Shown: in pieces, positions 12,652 through 24,638 of the stretch
Numbering within the stretch: the stretch's first letter is position 1
How the letters are laid out: each line of letters starts with the position of its first letter
From: the human T2T-CHM13v2.0 reference genome, Homo sapiens
Assembly (NCBI RefSeq): GCF_009914755.1
Contig: NC_060931.1
Reading direction: 5' to 3' (one strand)
DNA: 64,000 nucleotides
Translations under genes and position numbers: made by a program
The notes under the pieces: model-generated
Told to the model about the DNA's origin: nothing
What the model saw: only the letters and a program-made list of their open reading frames with translations
The model's database searches: none

Positions 12652-14763
12652 TAGTCCATATTCACGCTGCTAATAAAGACGTACCTGAGACTGGGAAGGA
12701 AAAGAGGTTTAACTTGACTTACAGTTTGACATGGCTGGAAAGGCCTCAGAATCACGGCGGGAGGCGAAAGTCGCTTCTTCCATGGTAGCAGCAAGAGAAA
12801 ATGAGGACGAAACAATAGCGGAAACCCCTGATAAACCCATCAGATCTCGCGAGACTTATTCACTATCAGGAGAACAGCACAGGAAAGACCGGCCCTCATG
12901 ATTCAATTACCTCTCCCTGGGGTACTGCCTTCCCAACAATCACCGTTAAGTCTTAACTCATTTCTGCATTAACCCAAAAGCCTGAAGTCCAAAGTCTCTG
13001 AGACGATGCAAGTCTCTTCTACCTATGAGCCTGTAAAATCAAAAACAAGCTAGTTACTTCCTAGACACAACAGCCATTTCAAATGGGAGAAATTGGCCCC
13101 AAAAAAGGGGTTACAGGGCCCATGCAAGTCCAAAATCCAGTGGGGCAGTCAAATTTTAAAGCTCCAAAATTATCTCCTTTTTCTCCAGGTCTCACATTCA
13201 GGTCACGCTGATGCAAGAGGTGGGTTCCCACGGTCTTGGGCAGCTCCGCCCCTGTGGCTCTGCAGGGTACAGTCTCCCTCCTGGCTGCTTTAACGGCTGG
13301 CTTTGAGTGTCTGCAGCTTTTCCAGGTGCAAAGTGCAAGCTATCGGGGAATCTACCATTCTGGGATCTGAAGGACGGTAGTCCTCTTCTCACAGCTCCAC
13401 TAGGCAGTGCTGCAGTAGGGACTCTACGTGGGGTATCCAACCCCACATTTCCTTTCACATTGCCCTAGAAGAGGTTCTCTATGAGCGCCCCGCCCCTGCA
13501 GCAAACTTTTGCCTGGGAATCTAGGCATTTCCATACATCTGCTGAAATCTAGGCAGAAATTCCCAAACCTTAATTCTTGACTTCTGTGCACCCTCAGGAT
13601 CAACACCATGTGGAAGCTGCCAAGGCTTGGCAGCTTCCACCCTCTGAAGCCAGCCTGAGCTGGACATTGGCCCTTTTCAGCCAGTGCTGGAGCAGCTGGG
13701 ACACAGGGCATCTAGTCCTCAGGCTGCACACAGCATGGGGACCCTGAGCCTGGCCCACAAAATTACTTTTTTCTCCTGGGCCTCTGGGCCTGTTACAGGA
13801 GGGGCTTCCATGAAGGTCTCTGACGTGGCCTGGAGACATTTTCCCCATGGTCTTGGGAATTCATTCACATTTGGCTCCTTGCTGCTTATACAAATTTCTG
13901 AAGCCAGCTTAAATTTCTCCTCAGAAAATGGGTTTTTCTTTTCTATCAAATAGGCTGCAAATTTTCCAAACTTTTATGCTCTGCTTCCCTTATAAAACTG
14001 AGTATCTTTAACAGTACCCAAGTCACCTCTTGAATGCTTTGTTGCCTCTGCAAGATACCCTAAATCTGGCAGAATGCTTCTGCCAGATACCCTAAATCAT
14101 CTCTCTCAAGTTCAAAGTTCCACAAATCTCTAGGGCATGGGCAAAATGCTGCCAGTCTCTTTGCTTAAACATAACAAGAGTCACCTTGGCTCCAATTCTC
14201 AATAAGTTCCTCACCTCCATCTGAGACCACCTCAGCCTGGACCTTATTGTCCATATCACTATCAGACTTTTGGGCAAAGCCATTCAATAATTATGTAGGA
14301 AGTTCCAACCTTTCCCACATTTTCCTGTCTTCTTCTGAGTCCTCCAAACTGTTTCAACCTCTGCCTGTTACCCAGTTCCAACGTCACTTCCAAATTTTTG
14401 GGTATCTTTTCGGCAGTGTCCCACTCTACTGGTACCAATTTGCAGTACTGGTCTGTATTTACGTTGCTGATAAAGACATACTCAAGATTGGGAAGAAAAA
14501 GAAGTTTAATTGGACTTACAGTTCTACATTGCTAGGAAGGCCTCAGAACCATGACAGCAGAAACAGAAAATGAGGAAGAAAAGTGAAAACCCCTGATAAA
14601 CCCATCATATCTCATGTGACATTCACTATTGCAAAAATAGCACGGGAAAGACTGGCCCCCATGATTCAATTACCTCCCACTGAGTACCTCCCACAACATG
14701 TGGGAATTCTGGGAGATACAATTCAAGTTGAGAATGGGATGGGGACACAGCCAAACCATATCA
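12647..14763 (-). mobile_element. THE1C-like MaLR provirus (truncated LTR 12647-~12921, internal region, LTR ~14444-14763)
   Basis: Both LTRs carry gggaag(g/a)aaaaga(g/a)gtttaa..gacttacag..ggcctcagaa; THE1-int lies between; ends ccaaaccatatca. Confidence 0.92.
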
Positions 14764-15331
14764 ATGTGTGTGTGTGTATTTCTTTGTCATATATATGTAT
14801 ATGTTTCTTATATTATATATACACATTATTCATTTATCTGTTGATGGAAATTTGGGTTAATCCCATATCTTAGCTATTGTGAATAGTACTATATTAAATA
14901 TGGGGTTACAGATGACCATTTGACATACTGATTTCTTTTTCTCTGGATAAATATCCAGTAGTGGGATTGCTAGATCATATGGTAGCTCTATTGTTAATTT
15001 TTTGAGAAATCTTCACACGTTTTTTTATATGGCTGTACTAATTTACATTCCCATGTACAATGTGAGCTCCCTTTTCTCTGCACCATTGCCAGAATTAGTT
15101 ATTTTCTGTCTTCTTTATAATAGCCATTTTACCTGAGGTGAGCTATTTCATTGAGGTTTTGATTTGCATTTCCTTGATGATTATTGATGACAAATATTTT
15201 TTCAGATATATTTTGGCCATTTGTATGTCTTCTCTTGAGAAATATCTCTTCAGACATTTCACTCTTTGCCCACTTTTTTATTAGATTATTTGTTTGGGAG
15301 TTTCTGGTTTATTTTTTATGATTTCTTATGA

Positions 15332-16178
15332 CTTTTTGCACTTTTAAGTTCAGGAGTACATATGCTGATTTGTTACATAGGTTAACTTGTGTCATGTGAG
15401 TTTGTTGTACAGATTATTTCATCGCCCAGGTATTCAGCCTAGTACCCATTAGTTACTTTTCCTGATCCTCTCCCTGCTCGCACTCTCCACCCTCCAAAGA
15501 CCCCAGTGGTGTTGTTCCTCTCTCTGTGTCTGTGTGTTCTCATCATTTAACTCCCACTTATAAGTGAGACATGCAGTATTTGGTTTTCTATTGCTGCATT
15601 AATTTGTTAAGGATAATGGCCTCCAGCTCCAACCATGTCTCCACAAAGGACATGATCGCCTTCATTTTTATGGCTGCATAGTAGTCCATGATATATATGT
15701 ACCACAGTTTCTTTATCAATTCTATCACCGATAGGCATTTAGGTTGATTCCGTGTCTTTGCTATAGTGAATAGGGCTGCAATGAATATATGCATGCATGT
15801 GTCTTTATAATAGAATGATTTATATTCCTCTGGGTATTTACCCAGTAATGGGATTGCTGGGTTGAATGGTATTTCTTTCTTTAGGTCTTTGAGGAATTGC
15901 CGCACTGTCTTTCTCAATGGTTGAACTAATTTATACTCCCATCAACAGTACACAAGCATTCTTTTTCTTCCGCAACCTCTCAAGCATCTGTTGTTTTTTG
16001 ACTTTTTAATGATAGCCATTCTGAGTAGTGTGAGACAGTATCTCATTGTTGTTTTGATTTGCGTTTCTCTAATGATCAGTGATTTTGAGGTTTTATTCAT
16101 ATGATTGTTGGCCACACATGTGTCTTCTTTTGAAAAGTGTTCATGTCCTTTGCCCATTTTTTAATGGGGTTGTTTGTA
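15332..16178 (-). mobile_element. L1PA (PA12-14-like) 3' fragment nested in the L1MA
   Basis: 3' UTR aagttcaggagtaca..ttgttacatagg; ORF2 tail peptide FLKDLKKEIPFNPAIPLLG (ORF 15588-15917). Confidence 0.85.
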
Positions 16179-17384
16179 TTTTTATTTCTTTTTTTTTTTT
16201 TTTGGTATTGAGTTGCTTGAGTTTCTTTTATATCTTGCATATGAGTCTTCACAGATAAATAGTTTGCAAATATTTTCTCCGAATCCAAATGTTATCTCTT
16301 CACTCTGTTGATTATGTCCCTTTCTGGGCAGAAGCATTTTCATTTAATATAGTCCCATTTATCTATATTTATCTATATCTATATATCTATAGCCAAGACT
16401 TCAAAATCCCCTGTGATTTTTGAAGTCTTGGCTATAACATTTTTACCTAGATTGACTTTTGGAAGTATTTCTCCTAGTTTCTTCTGGGAGTTTTATAGTT
16501 TGGGTTATTACTTTTAAGTTTTGAATCCATTTTGGGTTGATTCTTGTGTATGATGGTAAATAGGTATCTAGTTTCATTTATTTGCATATAAATATCCAGT
16601 TTTCCTAGCACCGTTTATTGAAGGGGGTGTCTTTCTCCATTGCATGTTCTTAGCAACTTTGACAAAAAACAATTGGCTGTAAATATATGAATTTGTTTCT
16701 GGGTTCTCCATTGTGTTTCAATGGTCTATTTGTCTGTTTTAATGCCAGTACCATGTTGTTTTGGTTACTATACCTCTGTAGTATATTTTGAAGTTAGGTA
16801 GTGTAATATCTGCAGCTTCTTTTTCCCCCTCAAGATTGCTTTGGCTGATTAGGGTCTTTTGTAGTTCTATACAAATGTTAGGATTTTTTTTTCTATTTCT
16901 GTGAAGACTGCCATTGATATTTTATAGGGATTACATTGAATCTTTAGACTACTTTAAGTAATATGGTCATTTGAACAATGGTAATTCTTCTAATCCATGA
17001 GAATTTGATGTCTTCTTTTGTTCCTTCAATTTTTTTCATTAATGTTTTGTAGTTTTCATTGTAGAGCTCTTTCACCTATTTATTTACATTTATTCCCAGG
17101 CATTTTTTAATTTTTTGTAACCATTGTAAATTAGGCTGCTTTTTCTTATTTCTTTATCTTGATACTTTCTTAGTAAATTGAATGATTGAATGCTTTGCCT
17201 ATGTTTTTTGATAATTTGTGTTTATATAATCAAGCTTGAAAATTCTGTATATATTCTAGATGTAAATACTTTATCAAACATATTTTTTAAAATGTTTTAT
17301 CCAAATATATGTTCAGTGTTTTAATTATCTTAACATTCCCTTTTTAAGAGCAGACATTTTAAAAATTCAAGGCAATTATATATA

Positions 17385-17407
17385 TGTAATATATATAAAT
17401 GTGTGTG

Positions 17408-17461
<54 letters not shown>
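17385..17461. repeat. Compound (TA)n/(TG)n microsatellite
   Basis: Direct reading. Confidence 0.95.
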
Positions 17462-18113
17462 AAACATGTACTGATGCCTGCTCTTGTATTCATGATAATC
17501 ATAATCTTTGACTTCCATTTTTATCTTGATTGGCCTGGAAAGAAGTTTTCATTTTTATTTAACTTATTAAGAAATAACTTTTAATTTTATTGATTTTATT
17601 AAATTTCATTGTCAATGATATTGACCTTTGTTTTTCTTACCATTTTTATATACTCCTCTTGATTTATTTTACTACTCTATTTGCATTTTCTTTGGGGAAA
17701 ACTTAAACCATTGATGTAATTTTTTTTCCTTTTAAATGTAAGTATTTCAGCACTATAAGTTTTCTTCTAAGCACTATCATGCATCTCACATAATTTAATA
17801 TATCCTGTTTTTATTTTATTCTTTAGTTCATAATGCTTTATTTTTCATTTTATTTCTTCTATAACCCATGGGCTATACACAAAGATGTTGGCTTCTTTCA
17901 AAATGTTTAGGAGATGTCTTATCTCTTTCTCTTCTAGATTTATAATTTAATCATAGCCAAGAAACACATTTGTAATAATATAAAAACTTCTATAATTATT
18001 ATCATCTATTTTATCATCCAGATTATGATCTATTTTGGTTAATGCTTTGTATGCACTTGAAAAGTAATAAATATTCGGCTGTGGTTGGATGAGTATTTTC
18101 TAAAGATCTTTTA

Positions 18114-18438
18114 CAGATGACCCCAGACTTAGAATGGTTCGACTTACAACTTTTTGACTTTATGACAGTGTGAAAGTGAAATCCATCAGCAGAAACCAAA
18201 CTTCAGTGCAACATTCAATAAATTACATGAGACAGTCAACATTTTATTATAAATAGTCTTTTTGTTAGATAATCTCGCCCAACTGTAAGCTGACGTAATT
18301 TTTCTGAGCATATTTATGATACAGTTGGCTATGATGTTATATAGCTAGGATGTATTAAATGCATTTTTCACTTACAATATTTTTCATTTGTGATGGATTA
18401 ATCAAGACATAACCCCATCATAAGTCCAGGAGCATCTA
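18114..18438 (-). mobile_element. MER47A (Tigger5-derived MITE)
   Basis: TIRs cagatgaccccagacttagaatgg / ccatcataagtccaggagcatcta; internal tattaaatgcatttttcacttacaatattttt. Confidence 0.85.
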
Positions 18439-18681
18439 GAGTCCACTTTTTAATATAATTCTTTCAAATCTTTTATATCCTTAATTTTTATATGTACTTG
18501 CTCTATTAATTATTGAAAGGGGGTGCTGAAACCCACACAACTATAAATTTGGGAGTTCCTTTGTATCCTATCCTTCCTTTTGATTCACTTTTTCTTCATA
18601 TGGTTTGAAACTTCATGATTAGATGCATCAATTGTTATAATTGCATATTCACTTAGTAAATTGACCCCTATGTCACTATGA

Positions 18682-18986
<305 letters not shown>

Positions 18987-19474
18987 AAAATGAGCTTTGT
19001 TATCTCCATTTCTTGATCGCGAATTTACCTTGTATGTAGCCAAACTTTTATTTCAATTACAATTAGCATGGTATAATATTTTCCATTCTTTTACTTTAAA
19101 ACTGGTTGGCACTTTCTACAGGGAAAAAAAAAGATACTTTATTTGTAGACAGGATATGGCTGTGCATCTTTTATTGTTGTTTTTAAAATTCTTTTAATCC
19201 AAACTGACAGTCCCTGCCTTTTAATCTGAGTGTTTAAACCATTTACTATCTCTAAGTATTGATATGTTTGAATTTAAATCTTCTATGCTGGTATTTTTTT
19301 AACTTACTGCTTTTTAATTCATATGCACTTTTACATTTTAAAAAACTTATAATATTACAACTACAATTTTCTGTTCTTTGTTTTAAATTTATATATACTT
19401 TTCCATGTCTCTATACAGTTTAGATTTAATGGGTAATAAGTTATCTTCTTATTGTTAAAAATTGAGGTTTTTTT

Positions 19475-20084
19475 CAGACTTTCAACCAACAAAGATCAAA
19501 AAAGACAAAAAAGAGCAATACATAATGGTAAAGGGATCAATCCAGCAAGAAGAGCTAACTATCCTAAATATATAGGCACCCAATACAGGAGCACTCAGAT
19601 TCATAAAGCAAGTTCTTAGAGACCTACAAAGAGACTTATACTCCCACACAATAATAGTGGGAGGTTTTAACACCCCACTGTCAATATTAGACAGATCAAC
19701 TAGACAGAAAATTTAGCACATATACACCATGGAATACTATGCAGCCATAAAAAAGGATGAGTTCATGTCCTTTGCAGGGACATGGATGAAGCTGGAAACC
19801 ATCATTCTCAGCAAACTATCACAAGATCAGAAAACTAAACACCACATGTTCTCACTCATAAGTGGGAGTTGAACAATGAGAACACATGGACACAGGGAGG
19901 GGAACATCACACACCAGTGCCTGTTGGGGGTTGGGAGGCTAGGGGAGGGATAACATTAGGAGAAATGCCTAATGTAGGTGACAGGTTGATGGGTGCAGCA
20001 AACCACCAAGGCAAGTGTATACCTATATAATAAAACTGCACATTCTGCACATGTAACCCAGAACTTAAGGTATAATAAAAAAAA
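19475..20084 (+). mobile_element. L1PA (PA7/8-like) with ORF2 endonuclease segment fused directly to the 3' end
   Basis: EN-domain DNA (aagagctaactatcctaaatatataggcacccaatacaggagc) joins at ~19712 to cacatatacaccatggaatactatgcagcc..polyA. Confidence 0.9.
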
Positions 20085-20169
20085 GTTTTTTTTCCGTTTT
20101 TACTATGATTTATAAATAATACTGATGAGCATATTCGTATTTATAATTATTTTTATGATATGGAGCGTT

Positions 20170-21885
20170 TCTTTTAATTGTTTTTTATTTCCATAGGTTA
20201 TTGGGGATCTGGTGGTATTTGGTTACATAAGTTATTTAGTGGTGATATGTGAGATTTCAGTGCATCCATCACCTAAGCAGTATACACTGTACCCAGTTTG
20301 TAGTCTTTTACCCCTCAACCCCTTCTAACCCATTTCCCATGAGCCCCAAAAATCCATTGTGTCATTCTTATGCCTTTGCATCCTCATAGCTGAGCTCCCA
20401 CTTCTGAATGAGAACATACTATTTGGTTTTCCATTTCTGAGTTACTTCACTTAGAATAGTAGACTCCAATCTCATCCAGGTTGCGGAGAATACCATTAAT
20501 TCATTCGTTTTTATGGGTGAGTAGTATTCCATTGTGTATCTATACCACAGTTTCTTTATCCATGTGTTGATTGATGGGCATTTGGGTTGGTTCCACATTT
20601 TTGCAATTGCAAATTTTGCTGCTATAAACATGTGTGTACAAGTACCCTTTATGTATAGTGACTTGTTTTCCTCTGGGTAGATACCCAGTAGTGGGACTGC
20701 TGGATCAAATGGTAGTTCTACTTTAGTTCTTTAAGGAATTTTCACACTGTTTTCCATAGTGGTTGGACTAGTTTACATTCCCACCAGCAGTGCAGAATTG
20801 TTCCCTGTTCACTGCATCTATGCCAACATCTATTTTTTTAAATTTTTTTAACTATGGCCATTCTTGCAACAGTAAAGTGGTTTTGCATTGTGGTTTTGAT
20901 TTGCACTTCCCTGATCATTAGCATTTTTTCATGTTTGTTGGCCAAACATGAAAATTTGAGAATTGTCTATTCGTGTCCTTAGCCCACTTTTGGATGGAAT
21001 TGTTTGTTTGTTTTTTTCTTGCTAATTTGTTTGAATTCATTGTAGATTCTGGATATTAGTCCTTTGTAAGATGTAGAGATTATGAAGATTTTCTCCCACT
21101 CTGTGGCTTGTCTGTTTACTCTGCTGACTGTTCTTTTTGCCATGCAAAAGCTCTTTAGTTAAGTCCCAGCTATTTATCATGGGTTTTTATTGCATTTGCT
21201 TTTGGGCTCTTGGTTATGAAATCCTTGACTAATCCAATGTCCACAAGGATTTTTTCAATGTAATCTTCTAGAATTTTTATAATTTCAGGTCTTAGATTTA
21301 AATTCTGATCCTTCTTGAGGTGATTTTTTTATAAGGTGAGAGATAAGGATACAGTTTTATTCTTCTACATGGGGCTTGCCAATTATTCCAACACCATTTG
21401 TTGAATAGGGTGTCCTTTTCCCACTTTATGTTTTCGTTTGCCTTGTCGAAGATTCAGTTGGCTGTAACTATTAGGGTTTATTTCTGGGTTCTCTAATCTG
21501 TTCCATTGTTCTATGTGCCTATTTTTATGCCAGTACCATGCTGTTTTAGTGACTATGGTCTTATAGTATTGTTTGAAATCAGGTAATGTAATGCCTCCAG
21601 ATTTGTTCTTTTTGCTTATTCTTGCTTTGGCAATTTGGGCTCTTTTTTTGTTCCATATAAAATTTAGGATTGTTTTTACCAGTTCTGTGAAGAATGATGG
21701 TGGTATTTTGATGGGAATTGCATTAAATTTGTAGATTGCTTTTGGCAGTATGGTCATTTTCACAATATTGATTCTAATCATCCATGAGCATAAGATGTGT
21801 TTCCATTTGTTTTTGTTGGCTGATTTCTTTCAACAGTGTTTTGTAGATTTCCTTGTCGGGGTCTTTTACCTCCTCGGTTAGGTTA
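20170..21885 (-). mobile_element. L1PB1-like 3' fragment
   Basis: 3' UTR ggtatttggttacataagt..tttagtggtgat; ORF2 peptide [25 protein letters not shown] (ORF 21383-21781). Confidence 0.88.
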
Positions 21886-22378
21886 TATTTACTCATATAT
21901 TCATTATAGTCGGTTATCTTCATTTTTATGTAGATCTAGATTTTAATCTAGTATAATTTTTTTTGACCTGAAGCAATTCCTATAATTTTCCTCAGAAAGC
22001 TGGTTTGTTGGTAATGATTTTTTTTTCAGTTGTTATTTGTTGGGAAGATGCTATACTGAGTATAACATTCTACACTGGCATTTTTCTTTCAGAATTATAA
22101 GGATGTTGCTCTAGAGCATTATGACTCATCATTTCCAAAAATATTTCCATCATCATTCTTTGTTCTTTTGAATGTATCTCTTATTCTATATAATGTCTCT
22201 TTCTTACCTGTTTTTTAAAAATTTGCGTCTTCTTTTTTTAAGATTTATTTCTATCATTAGTTTTAAGTTGTCTTAATCTAATGTTCTTGGGATTTTTGTC
22301 ATGTTTCTTGTGTTTGGTGTTTATTGAAGTTTTTGGTTCTGTGGGTTTAGAGTTTTTATCAAATTTTGAAAATTATTT

Positions 22379-22820
22379 TTTCAGTCTATCATTGATGGGC
22401 ATTTGGGTTGATTCCATGTCTTGGCTATTGTGAACAGTGTTGCAATAAACATACATGTTCATGTGCCTTTATAAGAGAATGATTTGTATTCCTTTGGGTA
22501 TATACCCAATAATGGAATTGCTGAGTTGAATGGTATTTCGGTCTTTAGACCTAAAGACCCTTTAGGTCTTTGAGGAATCACCACACTATCTTCCACGATG
22601 GCTGGAAACACAGAAGGGAACAACACACTCTGGGGACTTTGGAGGGTAAAGAGTGGGAGGAGGGGGAGGATCAGGAAAACTAGTGGGTACTAGGCTTAAT
22701 ACCTGAGTGATGAACTAATCTGTACAACCACCCCCCTCCATGACACGTTTACCTATATAACAAATCTGCACTTGTACTCCTGAACTTAAAAGTTTAAAAA
22801 TAAAGAAAAGTTAAAAAAAA
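22379..22820. mobile_element. Short 5'-inverted (twin-primed) L1PA insertion
   Basis: Minus ORF2-end segment to ~22605, then plus 3' UTR and A-tail; 11-bp TSD gaaaattattt (22368-22378 / 22821-22831). Confidence 0.9.
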
Positions 22821-24006
22821 GAAAATTATTTGCCATCATTTGTTATTGTAGATTTCCACTGCCCCCACTCCCTGAACTTCTCTTTCTGAGATTTGAATCG
22901 CAAAAACATTAAAAGTGCTTGATATTGACCTACTGTACATTGATAGAACACAGTTCCATTTGTTCTTTTTTTCCTTGCTTCATTTTGAATTCTTTCTATT
23001 CGTAGGCAATATATAAATTGCTGTAAATACCATTCAGGGTTTTAAAAAATTCTCTAACATTATATTTTTATCCATGTTTGGTATGTCATTTTTTGTGCTT
23101 CCAGGTGTTTCCTTGACATTCTAATTCTTTTCTATACCTTCTTTAATATTTAATTCTTTTTAAATATCTGGTATAATTTCCTTGTCAAATAATTCTATTT
23201 TCTGTATTATTTCTAGGTCTAGGATTATGTGCTGATTTGCATCCCAATTAGGCATAATTTTTCTACTTCTTTGCATGTTTGACGATTGAACATTATACAT
23301 TTTAAACTACATAGTTAGATGCTAGGTATGTGAATAAAGCTAGTATTTCTTTAAGTATTTTTTACATTTTTCTGTGATACATTTAATTTACTTGAAAACA
23401 ACCTGATCATTTCTATGTATATTTTTAACCACTGTTATGTTTAAAATCCCAGGGACATTTGGATTGGGCATAAATCAGCCTCATTACCATGGCAGAATGC
23501 TTCTATATACGTGTCAGGATTTGGAGTATAATAGGAGGTTTTTCTACTCTATTTCAAGCCTTACTGAGCTTTTGAAATTTTGTTCTGCTGTTTGTGGGAG
23601 TGCCTGACTTAAACTTAGGTGTTTTTGTTGTGTTTTGTATTTACAAGTATACGTTGCTCAGTATTCAGCAAAAGAATCAATCCAAGTTCTCTTTGTATAT
23701 TTTTTCTCTTCACTATTCTTCTTGCCACCATGTTCTCCCCAATTCTTAATTGTCTCCACACCTCAGGAGGCTTCCTTTGCTGAGGCTAAACATTCTCTCC
23801 AAGTAATGTACTGGGTATACTTCAGAGCTAACCTCATACACTTTTCTACTTTCAGGATTTATTTTTACTACCTGATTTTGAGTGTCTGAAAACTCTTCTT
23901 TCATATGTTTTTCTGCTATTTTTAGTTGTTTAAGATGGCAGAGTAAATCTGTCACACCATTATAAACAGATGTTTATGTCACCAGTTCATTAACAGCAAG
24001 TTTAAA

Positions 24007-24269
24007 GATTGCTTGAGGCCAGGAATTCAAGACCAGCCTTAGCAATAGAGATAGACCCTGTCCCTAAATAATAATTAAAAAAAAAAAAAAGTCAGGCATA
24101 CTGGTGCACATCTGTGATCCCAGCTATTCAGGAGGCTGAAGTGGGAGGATCACTGGAGCCCAGGAGAGGTTGATGCTGCAGTAAATTATCACTGGGCTGC
24201 CGTACTCCAGCTTGGGTAATAGAATGAGACTCTTCTCTAAAAATAAATAAATCAGTACATAATAAAATA
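24007..24269 (+). mobile_element. 5'-truncated AluJ
   Basis: gattgcttgaggccaggaattcaagaccagcc..ggaggatcactggagcccagg; flanks aagtttaaagat / aagtttgaagat. Confidence 0.88.
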
Positions 24270-24284
24270 AGTTTGAAGATGAAT

Positions 24285-24638
24285 GACATTTTTAAAAGTT
24301 ATCAATAATAAAACAACTTTTGAACAACCAATGGAAGATGAAAAAAAGGCTTACAATTTTCTCTATAGAAATATTATTATAAAATATTACCTAAAAGACA
24401 ATAAAATAATAGAAAAATACAGAAAATTATCGTAGAGTATGTCACATAATATATTTTCTTGTTTTTCTGTATTTTATTATGTTGTGTCAGCTTCTTGAAA
24501 TTTATGATTATGATATATTTTCTCTGTCTAAATAAATATTCCATACCGTATGTATTTTTTGTTTCTTCTTTTGTTTTAACCTAAAGATGTTCACCAAATT
24601 GTGTAAATTTAAGCTTCAAAAAAATGGATTCACCATTG
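24285..24638. mobile_element. Possible MER63-like hAT element fragment
   Basis: End ccaaattgtgtaaatttaagcttcaaaaaaatggattcaccattg resembles a recalled MER63 terminus; heavily diverged. Confidence 0.35.

Larger units (their letters stand above)
11885..17160 (-). mobile_element. L1MA-type LINE-1 3' portion hosting an Alu, a THE1 and an L1PA
   Basis: 3' UTR gatcaaatcagggtaattagcatatccatcacctcaaac; antisense ORF2 motifs (gccagtaccatgttgttttggttactata) continue to ~17150. Confidence 0.88.
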
